Shown: positions 40,435 to 50,470, counted from the first letter of the stretch. The stretch: 60,829 bases of DNA from Deltaproteobacteria bacterium (GCA_016234855.1 JACRNO010000057.1:1-60829); one strand, 5' to 3'. Made by a program: numbers and translations. The notes: generated by a model not told the origin, from the letters alone.

Positions 40435-42015
40435 ATGGCTGACCCCATAAATACAGAAAAAACGCCTGACGGCGCCGCCGCAACCACGGGCTTCACTACG
40501 CCCGCGTGCAGTCCGTGCGACGAGACTCAGCCGCCCGACTGCTGCATGGTCATCTTCGGGGCCTCCGGCGACCTCGTCAGGCGCAAGCTCATGCCCGCGC
40601 TCTACAAGCTCTTTCGCTGCAACCTCCTGCCAAAAGGGTTCTTCGTCATCGGCGCCGCGCGCACGGCCATGACAGACGACTCCTTCAGGGCCGAGACAGA
40701 GGCGTCTTTGCGCGCGGCCGGGGACTTTGACGAAGGACTGTGGGCCGAATTCTCGAAGTCGCTCTTTTACAGGAGCGTGACCTATGCCGACCATTCATCT
40801 TATTCAGGAATCAAGGGAGCGCTCGACGAGCTCGCGCCCGGACGCTCCAACGGCAACTGCGTCTTCTACCTCGCCACGCCGCCCGCGGTCTACGCCGAGA
40901 TATCGCGCGGCATCATCTACTCGGGGCTCCGCGGCAGCGGCTGGAGCCGCCTCATCATCGAAAAACCGTTCGGCAGCGACCTTAAGAGCGCCCTGGCCCT
41001 CAACTCGGAACTCTACACCAACTACAACGAAGACCAGATTTACAGGATAGACCATTACCTCGGCAAGGAGACGGTCCAGAACATATTGATGCTCCGCTTC
41101 GCCAACGCCATCTTCGAGCCCCTGTGGAACAGGCGTTACATAGACCACGTGCAGATAAGCGCGGCCGAGACCCTCGGAGTTGAGAAACGCTCCGGGTACT
41201 ACGAGCAGGCGGGCGTGCTGCGCGACATGTTCCAGAACCACATGCTCCAGGTCATGTGCCTTGCAGCCATGGAGCCGCCCTCGGTCTACGAGTCCGAGCT
41301 TGTGCGCGACGAGCGCGTAAAGGTCTTGCGCGCGCTTCGGCCTTTCAACGGGGACGACATCAACGACCACCTCGTCATCGGCCAGTACGGCGAGGGCGCG
41401 ATAGACGGCTCCTACGTCCGGGACTACCGCCGCGAAGAAGGCGTTGCGCAAAAGTCGCAAACCCCGACCTTCGCGGCCATGAAGCTCTACGTGGACAACT
41501 GGCGCTGGCAGGGCGTGCCGTTCTATCTCCGTTCCGGCAAGCGCATGAAAAAGCGGTTCACTCAGGTCACCATACAGTTCAAGGGCGTGCCGCACAGCCT
41601 CTTCAGGCGCGCCCTTCCCGGCGAGCCCGGCCCGAACGCCCTTATCCTGCGCATGCAGCCGGACGAGCGCGTGCAGTTGAAGTTCCACACCAAAAGCCCC
41701 GGCGGCAGGGTGTGCCTCCGCGACGTGGTAATGGACTTCCCGTATACGCTCGACTACATGGGCGTCACCCTCGACGCATACGAGAGGCTTCTGCTCGACT
41801 GCATGCTCGGCGACAAGATGCTCTTCGTCAGGAGCGACGGCATGGCCCTGAGCTGGTCGTTCCTGACCACGGTACTCAACCTCATTGAAGAGCGCACCGA
41901 GCACAGCCCGAAACTCTACAAATACACCGCCGGGAGCTACGGCCCTGCCGAGGCGGAAACGCTCATACAGAAAGACGGCAGGGACTGGGTTGACTACGGG
42001 GAAGACGATGCCTGA
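40435..42015 (+). CDS. zwf: Glucose-6-phosphate 1-dehydrogenase
   Basis: FGASGDL, EKPFG, RIDHYLGKE, RDMFQNH, WQGVPFYLRSGK. Confidence 0.97.
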   Translation: MADPINTEKTPDGAAATTGFTTPACSPCDETQPPDCCMVIFGASGDLVRRKLMPALYKLFRCNLLPKGFFVIGAARTAMTDDSFRAETEASLRAAGDFDEGLWAEFSKSLFYRSVTYADHSSYSGIKGALDELAPGRSNGNCVFYLATPPAVYAEISRGIIYSGLRGSGWSRLIIEKPFGSDLKSALALNSELYTNYNEDQIYRIDHYLGKETVQNILMLRFANAIFEPLWNRRYIDHVQISAAETLGVEKRSGYYEQAGVLRDMFQNHMLQVMCLAAMEPPSVYESELVRDERVKVLRALRPFNGDDINDHLVIGQYGEGAIDGSYVRDYRREEGVAQKSQTPTFAAMKLYVDNWRWQGVPFYLRSGKRMKKRFTQVTIQFKGVPHSLFRRALPGEPGPNALILRMQPDERVQLKFHTKSPGGRVCLRDVVMDFPYTLDYMGVTLDAYERLLLDCMLGDKMLFVRSDGMALSWSFLTTVLNLIEERTEHSPKLYKYTAGSYGPAEAETLIQKDGRDWVDYGEDDA

Positions 42016-42976
42016 GACCGGCCTCGTCATAGCGGGCGACATAGGCGGGACAAAATCCCTGCTCGGCGCGTTTACGCCCGCCCGTGCCGCGCACGTGCCT
42101 GTTTGCGAGGCGCGCTACGACAATGGCAAATATGCGGGGATTGAAGAAGTCCTCTCCGCGTTCATTAAAGATAACGCGCTCAAGGGCGTATCCGCGGCCT
42201 GCCTCGCCCTGGCCTGTCCCATAGAAGATAATCGCGGCACACTCACCAACCGTAACTGGCGCGTTGACGCGGAAACACTCGCAGAGAGGTTCGGCTTTGC
42301 CCGCGTAAGCCTGATAAACGACCTTGTCGCCACTGCCATAGGCTCGCTCTATCTCCAGCCCGGGGACGTCCACGTCCTGCAGCAAGGCCGGTCAAGACCG
42401 GGCAACCGCGCCCTTATCGCCGCAGGCACCGGACTCGGCGAGGCCGCGCTCTTCTGGGACGGCCATGCGCATATCCCCTCGGCCTCGGAAGGCGGGCATG
42501 CCGACTTCGCCGCGCGCACGGATATCGAGATGGAACTCCTCGCGCGCCTCACCGGCCGATACGGCCACGTAAGCTATGAGCGCGTCCTTTCGGGCGCCGG
42601 ACTCGAGGCCGTCTACTCGTTCCTCGCGTACCGTCACGACGGCAGCGACCAGGCGCTTACCGCATCCGTCATCGTGGACGAGGCGCTGAACAAGGGCAGC
42701 GTGCTCTGCTCCGAGGCTTTGGACCTCTTCGTATCCGTCTACGGGGCCGAGGCCGGCAACCTCGCGCTCAAGACAATGGCGGCCGGCGGCATCTACATCG
42801 GCGGGGGCATCGCACCGAAGATACTCAAGGCATTGCAAAATGGGGGTTTTATAAAGGCGTTCAGGGACAAGGGCAGGTTCGCGGGATGGCTCTCGGAGAT
42901 ACCCGTCAGCGTCATCATGAACGAAAAGACGGCGCTTCTCGGCGCGGCCCGGCATGCCGCCGGAATCAAAGGCTAA
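42008..42976 (+). CDS. glk: Glucokinase
   Basis: GDIGGTK, LINDL, GTGLG, SEGGH, ERVLSGAGL, DKGRF. Confidence 0.93.
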   Translation: MPETGLVIAGDIGGTKSLLGAFTPARAAHVPVCEARYDNGKYAGIEEVLSAFIKDNALKGVSAACLALACPIEDNRGTLTNRNWRVDAETLAERFGFARVSLINDLVATAIGSLYLQPGDVHVLQQGRSRPGNRALIAAGTGLGEAALFWDGHAHIPSASEGGHADFAARTDIEMELLARLTGRYGHVSYERVLSGAGLEAVYSFLAYRHDGSDQALTASVIVDEALNKGSVLCSEALDLFVSVYGAEAGNLALKTMAAGGIYIGGGIAPKILKALQNGGFIKAFRDKGRFAGWLSEIPVSVIMNEKTALLGAARHAAGIKG

Positions 42977-43011
42977 GCCGTGTTACAGCGCCTCGACCTC
43001 CGTAAGGACTC

Positions 43012-43761
43012 ATGAACAACCGCAGGGAAATCCATATACGCGAAGATGCGGCTGAAGTGGCAACCGATGCCGCCAGGCTCTTTTCCGAACTCTGTTTCGA
43101 CGCCATAGCGCGCGACGGGTCTTTTAGCGTCGCCCTGTCAGGCGGCGCGACGCCTGAGGCGCTCTTCAACCTGCTTGCCGGGCCTCCGTACGCCGATAAG
43201 ATACCCTGGGACAAGGTACACCTCTTCTGGGGAGACGAACGCTGCGTGTCACCTGACCACCCTGAGAGCAATTACAAGATGGCCTTTCAGAGCCTCGTGT
43301 CAAAATTGAATATACCGCGGGAGAACGTCCACCGCATGCAGGGCGAGGCCGAGCCGCAGGCTGCGGCAGCGGCATATGAGGACGAACTCCTGCTTCATCT
43401 CGCGATATCGGGCAAGCCAGGGCTCGACCTCGTATTCCTCGGCCTTGGCAGCGACGGTCACACCCTCTCATTATTCCCCGGCTCGCCGCTCCTTGCCCAT
43501 GGCGATGGCGGCAGGCTCGTTGCGGCGGGCTTTGTCGAGGCGGTCCGCGCCTATCGCATAAGCCTTACCCTTACCGCCGTAAATAACTCCGATACCGCCG
43601 TCTTTCTCGTCACGGGCCAGCCAAAGGCCGAAATCTTAAAAAAGGCGCTTGAGGCAGGCGTAGGACGGCGCAAATACCCGGCAACGCTGATAAGGCCGCG
43701 AGGCAGGCTCGTCTGGCTCGTTGACAAGGCGGCGGCCCGGCTGCTTTCAGGAGTTGCTTAA
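43012..43761 (+). CDS. pgl: 6-phosphogluconolactonase
   Basis: ALSGGATP, FWGDERCV, LGLGSDGHTLSLFPG. Confidence 0.94.
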   Translation: MNNRREIHIREDAAEVATDAARLFSELCFDAIARDGSFSVALSGGATPEALFNLLAGPPYADKIPWDKVHLFWGDERCVSPDHPESNYKMAFQSLVSKLNIPRENVHRMQGEAEPQAAAAAYEDELLLHLAISGKPGLDLVFLGLGSDGHTLSLFPGSPLLAHGDGGRLVAAGFVEAVRAYRISLTLTAVNNSDTAVFLVTGQPKAEILKKALEAGVGRRKYPATLIRPRGRLVWLVDKAAARLLSGVA

Positions 43762-43860
43762 AAACTTTCAACACGTCATTCCCGAGGTCTCTGTCAGGAA
43801 TCCAGTATGCCTGGAGACGCAAAAAGACTGGATTCCCGCTAAAAACACCCGGGAATGACG
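43750..43860. mobile_element. Second, degenerate copy of the 31185 MITE left end with a CGTC REPIN (43774-43860)
   Basis: aaaaactttcaacacgtcattcccgaggtctctgtc is nearly identical to the sequence at about 31196-31231. Confidence 0.7.
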
Positions 43861-43993
43861 TATAAGGGAATCTGACATTACTGAGGCCTGCCCTCGAATG
43901 GTTTAGTCGGGGATATTAATCTCCTCAATGACATACAGATAGCGAACCAGCCCAACCTCACCATAATCAGGCATGACACATCGTATCCCCCTC

Positions 43994-44028
43994 AAAAAAA
44001 AGAGGCGGCCCGTGCAAGGCCGCCTCTT
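43994..44028 (-). terminator. Rho-independent terminator of the cytochrome cluster
   Basis: AAGAGGCGGCC / GGCCGCCTCTT stem running into a U-tract on the minus strand. Confidence 0.85.
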
Positions 44029-44059
44029 GAAGAAATATACTTGTCGCGCGTCAAGCGCC

Positions 44060-44425
44060 CTACTTTGAGGCGCCCTTTACGTTCGTGTGGCAGTTGGCGC
44101 ATTGAAAGAGCGGGAAGGCGTTCGGGCTGTTATGACAGTTGGCCGAGCCGCAGAACTGACCGTCCATGTTCTTCTTCATCGAGATATCGTTCGCCTTGGC
44201 CTGGTCTTTGAATATCCCAGGGTGGCAGACCCCGCACTTGAATTTCTTCTTATGCTGGTCGTGCGGGAAGACAACGGGGCCCACCCCGGCCTTCTTCATC
44301 GAGGTCAGCTTCGAATCGAGGATGAATTTGCCCGGACCCGGCTCCTGGGCGGCATACGCCGCGCATGAGACCAACCCGAATAGAACGATAGCCGCCGCAA
44401 TCAAACCGATACGCATATCTCTCAT
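44060..44425 (-). CDS. c7-type triheme cytochrome c
   Basis: Signal peptide, FPHDQH, CGVCH, NDISM, CGSANCH (CX4CH), CANCH. Confidence 0.85.
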   Translation of the reverse strand: MRDMRIGLIAAAIVLFGLVSCAAYAAQEPGPGKFILDSKLTSMKKAGVGPVVFPHDQHKKKFKCGVCHPGIFKDQAKANDISMKKNMDGQFCGSANCHNSPNAFPLFQCANCHTNVKGASK

Positions 44426-44431
44426 GGCCGC

Positions 44432-45097
44432 CTACTTCTTTGCCTTCGGCTTCGGTGAAGAGTGGCAGCGCTTGCAATCGGTAAGCGGGAAGGCTACCTT
44501 GCTGTGACACCTGCCGCACCACTGGCCGTTGACGATGCCGACCATCGACATGTTGTTCGAGCCTGCGGACGGCTCGAATATCTGCGGATGGCAGACCTCA
44601 CACTTGAGCCAGTAGGTATGAATCTTATGCGGATAGATGACGTCGTCGACGAAGTCGCCCTTGGCCGGAATGAGGACGTCCATATCCATCGGCTCCATCT
44701 CCTCCTCGGCAGGGTCGAGCGACGGCTTCGGCTTGATGAGGTTCTCCTGGACTATCTTGGCCCAGTCGATGAGACCGTACCTGTCCCTCGGAAGCTTGGC
44801 CGAACCCAGAGCGGCCGGATGCCAGCCGCGTCCAGCCCTGTATGCGACTGACGGCGGCCTGTTCGGGTCGCCGACGCCCGCGGGCTTTCCTGACGTGTCG
44901 AGATATATGACGCTATTGATATCGGTCGGGTCTATGATACCGGTTTCCGCCTTTTTGGATGCGCTCTCGCCCTTATCCGCTTTCTTGGCGGTCGCCGATT
45001 CGGCCAAGCTGAACGTGCCTGACATCGTGATGCCGAAGACGGCCACAAGCGAGAGGAGGGCAACCTTCAAAAGACTCCTTGTTGAAGACGCTTTCAT
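44432..45097 (-). CDS. c7-type triheme cytochrome c with N-terminal extension
   Basis: Signal peptide, LPRDRYGLIDW segment, YPHKIH, CEVCH, NNMSM, CGRCH, CKRCH. Confidence 0.85.
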   Translation of the reverse strand: MKASSTRSLLKVALLSLVAVFGITMSGTFSLAESATAKKADKGESASKKAETGIIDPTDINSVIYLDTSGKPAGVGDPNRPPSVAYRAGRGWHPAALGSAKLPRDRYGLIDWAKIVQENLIKPKPSLDPAEEEMEPMDMDVLIPAKGDFVDDVIYPHKIHTYWLKCEVCHPQIFEPSAGSNNMSMVGIVNGQWCGRCHSKVAFPLTDCKRCHSSPKPKAKK

Positions 45098-45264
45098 TGT
45101 TTCCTCCTTTGGTATCCGCGCGCATGGACGGGTTTTAAACTCTTATGCCGCCCTCTTTGCCGCGCACAGCATGATTTTTTAATGCATCAGAACTTTCTTA
45201 TCCGCCCCGGGCCCGCAACCGTTGTCTATTGGCGCGGGGCAATCTACCGGACGTCCCTTGAATC

Positions 45265-45624
45265 CTAAGGAGTGGCAGCTTCAGGGTTGTACGAGTGGCA
45301 CCTGTCGCAATAGAGCGGTTCCCATGCAATCAGCCCGTTGTGGCACCTGCCGCAGAACTGACCGTCCATTATCTTGGACATGTTGATGTCGTTCGCGCCC
45401 TTCTTGATGATAAAGATGTCTTCGTGACAGACCTTGCATTTGAATCTTATCCTGTGGAACCAATGCGGGAAGACCACAGGGTTCACGCCCGCCTTTTGCA
45501 TGCTCTCAGACTTGCTGTTAAGGACAATGTCCGCGTATTCCGCGCTGCCTGACGACGCATAGAACAGGCCCGCGGCAACAGCGACACAAGTCATGAGGAG
45601 AATCAAGAAGCTTACTCTCTTCAT
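45265..45624 (-). CDS. c7-type triheme cytochrome c
   Basis: Signal peptide, FPHWFH, CKVCH, NDINM, CGRCH, CDRCH. Confidence 0.88.
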   Translation of the reverse strand: MKRVSFLILLMTCVAVAAGLFYASSGSAEYADIVLNSKSESMQKAGVNPVVFPHWFHRIRFKCKVCHEDIFIIKKGANDINMSKIMDGQFCGRCHNGLIAWEPLYCDRCHSYNPEAATP

Positions 45625-45969
45625 CGGTTGCCTCCTTAGAGATTTGGTAATTTGCCCGGCTGACCTTCAAATGTAGTGCTGATTGTGCTAATTATAGCCC
45701 GTATCATAGCCCTCCTGTCAAGTTAAAAATTAAAAAAACTTAATCTTTACAGATCGCGCCACCTGCCGCAGCAGCGGGAACCGATTGCAAGGTCTGCGCT
45801 ACAGGCACACGATTGCCCATGGCGCGCACCGTACCACCGAACCGCCATGCTTATTGAAAATGTGTAAAGAGCTGTGGTATAAATACTGGATTCGCTTTTT
45901 TCACCGCCTGTGCCATTACCAGGGGCGCAAGCGGGGCAAGAAATTTTTTGTATTTCAGGAGGTCTTGGA

Positions 45970-47772
45970 TTGACTGATTCCATCGTCATGGAGCCGCTCG
46001 GCGGCTTGAAAAGGACGTGCTACTGCGGCCAGGTGCGGCCATCTCACATGGGAACGCGCATAACGCTCATGGGCTGGGTGCAAAGGAGACGCGACCACGG
46101 CGGCCTGATATTCATTGATCTCCGCGACCGCGAGGGCGTAGTCCAACTCGTCTTCAGCCCGGACGCCCCGGCCGTGCACGCAAAGGCGCACGACATCAGG
46201 AGCGAATACGTCCTGGCCGTAACCGGAGACGTGCGCATGAGGCCGGACGGCACGCAGAACACGGGCCTTGCAACCGGGCTTGTGGAGGTGGCTGTAACCG
46301 AGCTAAAACTCCTTAACGATTCAGCGCCGCTGCCGTTCATGCTCGAGGACGATACAGACGTATCCGAGATGACGCGGCTTAAGTACCGCTATCTGGATCT
46401 GCGCCGGCCGTCACTGCAAAACAAGCTCGTCTTGCGCCACAAGGTGGCGATGTCCACGCGGAACTACCTCTCTGAGAACGGCTTCCTCGAAATAGAGACC
46501 CCGGTGCTCACAAAATCCACGCCCGAAGGCGCGCGCGACTTCCTCGTGCCGAGCAGGCTCAACCCCGGCGCCTTCTACGCTTTACCCCAGTCGCCGCAGA
46601 TCTTCAAACAGATACTCATGATTGGCGGCTTTGACAGGTATTTTCAGGTGGTCAGGTGCTTCCGCGACGAAGACCTGCGCGCCGACCGCCAGCCGGAATT
46701 CACGCAAATCGACGCGGAGATGAGCTTTGTCGAGGCAGAGGACGTGATAACCGTAATGGAAGGACTCATCAGGCGGCTCTTCAAGGACGGCATCGGCCTT
46801 GAATTGAAGACGCCCTTCCCGCGCCTTACATATAAGGAAGCGGTCGGCAGGTTCGGGCTCGACAACCCGGATGTGCGTTTCGGGCTTGAACTTGTCGACC
46901 TTACCGAGACCGTCCGCAACTGCGGTTTTAAGGTTTTCGATGATACCGTTGCAAAGGGCTGGCCTGTAAAGGCCGTCTGTGCCAAAGGCTGCGCCGAGTT
47001 CTCGCGCAAAGACCTCGACGACCTGACGGCGGTTGCCGTATCCTACGGCGCAAAAGGGCTTGCATGGGTAAAGCTCACAGCCGAAGGCTGGCAGTCTCCC
47101 ATAGCAAAGTTCCTCTCAGACGACGTCAAGGCCGCGATAACAAAGGCGCTCAACGCGGCCACCGGCGACCTCATCCTCTTTGCCGCTGACAAGCCCTCGG
47201 TTGCCAATACCGTCCTCGGCAGGGTCAGGCTCAACATCGGCAACCGCATGGGACTTATCCCTAAGCACGGCTTCAACTTCGTCTGGGTCACGGAATTCCC
47301 GATGCTCGACTATGACGAGACCGAGAAGCGTTACGTGGCCGTGCACCACCCGTTCACCGCGCCGATGGACGAAGACCTTGCAAGGCTCGATACCGACCCG
47401 CTGACTGTACGCGCGAAGGCGTACGACCTCGTGCTGAACGGGTCGGAAATCGGCGGCGGCTCGATAAGAATCCACCGGAGCGACGTTCAATCGAAGGTAT
47501 TCGGCAAACTCGGCATCAGCGAGGACGAGGCGCGGCTTCGTTTCGGCTTCCTGCTCGACGCCCTCTCATTCGGCACCCCGCCGCACGGCGGCATCGCATT
47601 CGGCCTGGACAGGGTCATGGCCATAATGACCGGGTCGGAGTCGATCCGCGACGTCATCGCCTTCCCCAAGACGCAGAAGGCCGCCGACGTGATGAGCGAG
47701 GCGCCATCGACCGTTGACCAGAAACAGCTTGACGAGATTTCGATAAGGGTGGTGAAGAAGAAGGCGGAGTAG
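45970..47772 (+). CDS. aspS: Aspartate--tRNA ligase, probably non-discriminating (Asp/Asn)
   Basis: [15 protein letters not shown] (His variant), [30 protein letters not shown]; AGGAGG SD before TTG 45970. Confidence 0.96.
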   Translation: MTDSIVMEPLGGLKRTCYCGQVRPSHMGTRITLMGWVQRRRDHGGLIFIDLRDREGVVQLVFSPDAPAVHAKAHDIRSEYVLAVTGDVRMRPDGTQNTGLATGLVEVAVTELKLLNDSAPLPFMLEDDTDVSEMTRLKYRYLDLRRPSLQNKLVLRHKVAMSTRNYLSENGFLEIETPVLTKSTPEGARDFLVPSRLNPGAFYALPQSPQIFKQILMIGGFDRYFQVVRCFRDEDLRADRQPEFTQIDAEMSFVEAEDVITVMEGLIRRLFKDGIGLELKTPFPRLTYKEAVGRFGLDNPDVRFGLELVDLTETVRNCGFKVFDDTVAKGWPVKAVCAKGCAEFSRKDLDDLTAVAVSYGAKGLAWVKLTAEGWQSPIAKFLSDDVKAAITKALNAATGDLILFAADKPSVANTVLGRVRLNIGNRMGLIPKHGFNFVWVTEFPMLDYDETEKRYVAVHHPFTAPMDEDLARLDTDPLTVRAKAYDLVLNGSEIGGGSIRIHRSDVQSKVFGKLGISEDEARLRFGFLLDALSFGTPPHGGIAFGLDRVMAIMTGSESIRDVIAFPKTQKAADVMSEAPSTVDQKQLDEISIRVVKKKAE

Positions 47773-47805
47773 CGAGGTTGGGATTTACACATCCCCCTTT
47801 CCTAA

Positions 47806-47956
47806 GAGACCTTTGCATAAGTCAGATTTATGTAGCGCAGGCCTTCAGGCCTGCGTCTTTGTCGCAGCGTTCGCTAACGAATAGCAGGGCTAAAGCCCTG
47901 CGCTACGCGCACCGTATACTTCTTTTCTTGAGAAAACACAGTTATGCAAAGGTCTC
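47806..47956. mobile_element. 151-bp MITE carrying a GTAG REPIN (47832-47906), with an 8-bp target duplication
   Basis: TIRs GAGACCTTTGCATAA / TTATGCAAAGGTCTC (15/15); TTTCCTAA at 47798-47805 and 47957-47964. Confidence 0.88.
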
Positions 47957-48113
47957 TTTCCTAAAGGGGGATTGAGGGGAATTATCCCCCCCCTGACAAG
48001 GCGGGCAAGGGACTCCCCCCTTTCCTAAATGGGGGGGGGACTGAGGGGGATTATCCCCCTCCCCTGACAAGGCGGGCAAGGGACTCCCCCCTGATAAGGG
48101 GGGCAAGGGGGGT
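47957..48113. repeat. Tandem ~65-70 bp units of the CCCCCTTT/AAAGGGGG repeat family
   Basis: Two units sharing tttcctaaa...attatccccc...cccctgacaaggcgggcaagggactcccccc, plus a partial third. Confidence 0.85.
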
Positions 48114-48117
48114 TTGT

Positions 48118-48708
48118 TTGATACGCCAAGAAAAAATTGACATTGAACCTATACGATGCGGCTGGGTGAGCGACGACCCGCTCTATATCGCGTACCACGA
48201 CACCGAGTGGGGCGTGCCCGTGCATGACGACCGGCGGCTCTTCGAGTTCCTCATCCTTGAAGGCGCGCAAGCGGGCCTCAGTTGGCTTACCATCCTGAAA
48301 AAGAGGGAGAATTACAGAAAGGCCTTTTCCGGGTTCGACCCTGCGAAGGTGGCCCGATTCAGAGAGGAGAAGATTCAACGCCTCCTGCTCGACCCCGGCA
48401 TCATCCGCAACCGGTTGAAGGTCAGGGCGGCCATAAACAACGCGGCTGCGTTTTTAAAGATACAAGATGAGTTCGGCTCGTTCGCAGAGTACAGTTGGCA
48501 ATTCGTAGGCAACAAGCCCATAAAAAACACCTTCAAAACCATCAAACAAGTCCCCGCCACAACCCCTGAATCCGACTCATTCAGCAAGGACTTGAAAAAG
48601 AGGGGTTTTAAATTCGTCGGCTCGACCATCATCTATGCCCACATGCAGGCGGTGGGCATGGTCAACGACCATACGAAGGATTGTTTCAGATACAAGGAAT
48701 TGAAGTGA
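48118..48708 (+). CDS. tag: DNA-3-methyladenine glycosylase I
   Basis: RCGW, YHDTEWGVP, LEGAQAGLSW, IIRNRLK, GFKFVG, GMVNDH..C. Start uncertain. Confidence 0.95.
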   Translation: MIRQEKIDIEPIRCGWVSDDPLYIAYHDTEWGVPVHDDRRLFEFLILEGAQAGLSWLTILKKRENYRKAFSGFDPAKVARFREEKIQRLLLDPGIIRNRLKVRAAINNAAAFLKIQDEFGSFAEYSWQFVGNKPIKNTFKTIKQVPATTPESDSFSKDLKKRGFKFVGSTIIYAHMQAVGMVNDHTKDCFRYKELK

Positions 48709-48775
48709 AACCTGTAGGTTGACGCAGTGTAACCCGCCAATCGTAATTACAGGACGCGGTGCCTCCCGGAGGCGC

Positions 48776-48795
48776 TCCCACGCCAGAGCGTGGGA
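48776..48795. repeat. Isolated REP-like palindrome
   Basis: tcccacgc-caga-gcgtggga. Confidence 0.5.
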
Positions 48796-48816
48796 ACAAG
48801 GAATTAGGAAAACATC

Positions 48817-49377
48817 GTGATTTACAAGACAAGACAAAACAGATTTTTGTGCACAATTCTCATATTAGCCACATGTATGGGAATTTTCTTTTCACAGTCC
48901 GCAGCAGCATCCGATACCATTGAGAAATCCGGAGATGCCCTTGTGGTGTTAATACCGGCAATCGCATACGGCACAACATTCTACCTGGATGACGACGAGG
49001 GGCGCACGCAGTTTTACAAATCATTTTTTACAAATTTAGCCGTAACGCAAGGCTTGAAATCCACAATTAAAAAAGAACGTCCTGACGGATCAGACAAGTC
49101 ATCATTTCCATCCGGTCATACTTCAATAGCATTTCAAGGCGCGACATTTCTTTATAAAAGATATGGGTTTAAATACGGCATCCCTGCATATATCGGAGCG
49201 GCTTTTGTTGGTTATAGCAGAGTTCAAGCGGACAAACACTACATTGAAGATGTTCTTGCGGGAGCGGCAATAGGCACGATTAGCAGTCTTTATTTTACTG
49301 AACCATATAAGGGGGTTACGGTAACTCCAACTGCCAATAACGGTTATTACGGCATAACCGTAAGTAAAAATTGGTAG
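48817..49377 (+). CDS. PAP2-family phosphatase (AT-rich)
   Basis: KSTIKKERP, FPSGH and SRVQADKHYIED motifs; signal-peptide-like N-terminus. Confidence 0.9.
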   Translation: MIYKTRQNRFLCTILILATCMGIFFSQSAAASDTIEKSGDALVVLIPAIAYGTTFYLDDDEGRTQFYKSFFTNLAVTQGLKSTIKKERPDGSDKSSFPSGHTSIAFQGATFLYKRYGFKYGIPAYIGAAFVGYSRVQADKHYIEDVLAGAAIGTISSLYFTEPYKGVTVTPTANNGYYGITVSKNW

Positions 49378-49414
49378 CAATACATAGCGATAACATCAAC
49401 TGAGGCTGACTCCT

Positions 49415-49556
49415 GCGGGTTCAAGTTTGCAACTTGAACCAAAAAGTTAGTATCAGCGACGCAGATATTCGCAACCACAATCATTTTTATAATTACGAAT
49501 CAAAAAGGAGCAGGTTACAAAACTGCTCCCACCGTAGGTTACAAACCTGCTCCCGC
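49415..49556. repeat. REP-like inverted pair with a locally duplicated right arm
   Basis: gcgggttcaagtttgcaacttgaacc ... ggagcaggttacaaaactgctccc ... aggttacaaacctgctcccgc. Confidence 0.65.
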
Positions 49557-49639
49557 TGTAGAAGAAGAGACCGGAGAAGGCCGCCGCAACCATTGGCCGC
49601 ACCGCGCCGCCCACCCCGTCTTACCGCGCATATCTCTGA

Positions 49640-49858
49640 TTATTGCGCGTGCTTCCACTGTAAGGTAAGTTTTTTATGTGAAGCGGCGCAGTCCCGGAGA
49701 TAGAGATTTATTAGCGTCTGGTAAGGGACACCGACCTCTTTAGCAAGCCCCTTGAAGTAGCTGATGGTCTCCTCGTCCATACGCAAAGTAACCTGCCGCT
49801 TGAGCCTGCCGGCATAAGGGTTTTTCTGCGCCTTGGAAAAATCGTACTCTTTTCTCAT
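49640..49858 (-). CDS. BrnA-family antitoxin
   Basis: MRKEYDFSKA..NPY, QVTLRMDE, PYQTLINLYLRDC. Confidence 0.88.
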   Translation of the reverse strand: MRKEYDFSKAQKNPYAGRLKRQVTLRMDEETISYFKGLAKEVGVPYQTLINLYLRDCAASHKKLTLQWKHAQ

Positions 49859-49863
49859 TTCAA

Positions 49864-50151
49864 TCACCTTTCCTTATAACATTTCTGCTCGGCCCTGGCA
49901 GCCTTTCGGGCGGAAATGATCCTGATCACCTCATCGCTCTCCCGATAACAGTGACAAACCACCAATATTTGAAGGTTTGCGCTTAGACCAAGAAGAATAA
50001 AACGGTCTTCTTCGCCGGAGTGATCCGGGTCATGTATCAGCAAGGCATTTTCATCAACGAAGACCGTGCGGGCTTCGTCAAACGATATTCCATGCTTCTT
50101 TTGATTTGACGAGTCCTTTCCCTTGTCCCAGTCAAAGGCGATGTCTGCCAT
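49864..50151 (-). CDS. BrnT-family toxin
   Basis: FDWDKGKDSSNQKKHGISFDEA, EDRFILLG, IRIISARKA. Confidence 0.92.
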   Translation of the reverse strand: MADIAFDWDKGKDSSNQKKHGISFDEARTVFVDENALLIHDPDHSGEEDRFILLGLSANLQILVVCHCYRESDEVIRIISARKAARAEQKCYKER

Positions 50152-50186
50152 ATTTACATTGTAAATATATAATACTTATTTGTCAA
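50150..50186 (-). promoter_or_regulatory. Leaderless brnTA promoter with a palindromic operator
   Basis: TTGACA - 17 nt - TACAAT - 6 nt - ATG; perfect ATATTTACA-N-TGTAAATAT palindrome at 50150-50168. Confidence 0.8.
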
Positions 50187-50209
50187 TCCCTTATCGTTTC
50201 TACGCCAAA

Positions 50210-50470
50210 GCCCCCCTCACCCTGCCCTCTCTCCGAGGGGAGAGGGGGTTTTCTCCTCCCCTTATTTAAGGGGCGGGGCCCCCGTTGCGCGCGCAGCGCA
50301 ATGCAACGGGGAGTGGGGAGGGGTTAATCTTTGCAGCCACAATGCTTGCTTGTTGCTTCGCGCACGCCCAGCTTAACTCCCCCTGCCCCCTCTTTTACAA
50401 AGAGGGGGGAGTTTCGCGCCCCTTGACAACACAGTTGCTCTCCCCGAGGGGAGAGGGTTCTTTCCCCCTT
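50210..50470. repeat. Cluster of C/G-tract palindromic repeats
   Basis: ccctctctccgaggggagaggg, ccccttatttaagggg, cccctcttttacaaagagggg, ctctccccgaggggagaggg. Confidence 0.75.

Noticed and set aside
45691-45721. TTGACA-19-TATAAT upstream of the cytochrome genes as a MerR-type promoter
   Set aside because: The spacer holds a direct repeat (GGGCTAT x2), not a dyad, and no MerR gene is nearby. It may still be a promoter.
47957-48113. Tandem repeats as a CRISPR array
   Set aside because: No unique spacers, only about two units, and no cas genes.
49386-49452. attC site after the PAP2 gene
   Set aside because: The ...TAAC and GTTAGTA boxes pair poorly, the inner palindrome belongs to a REP-like pair, and there is no integrase.
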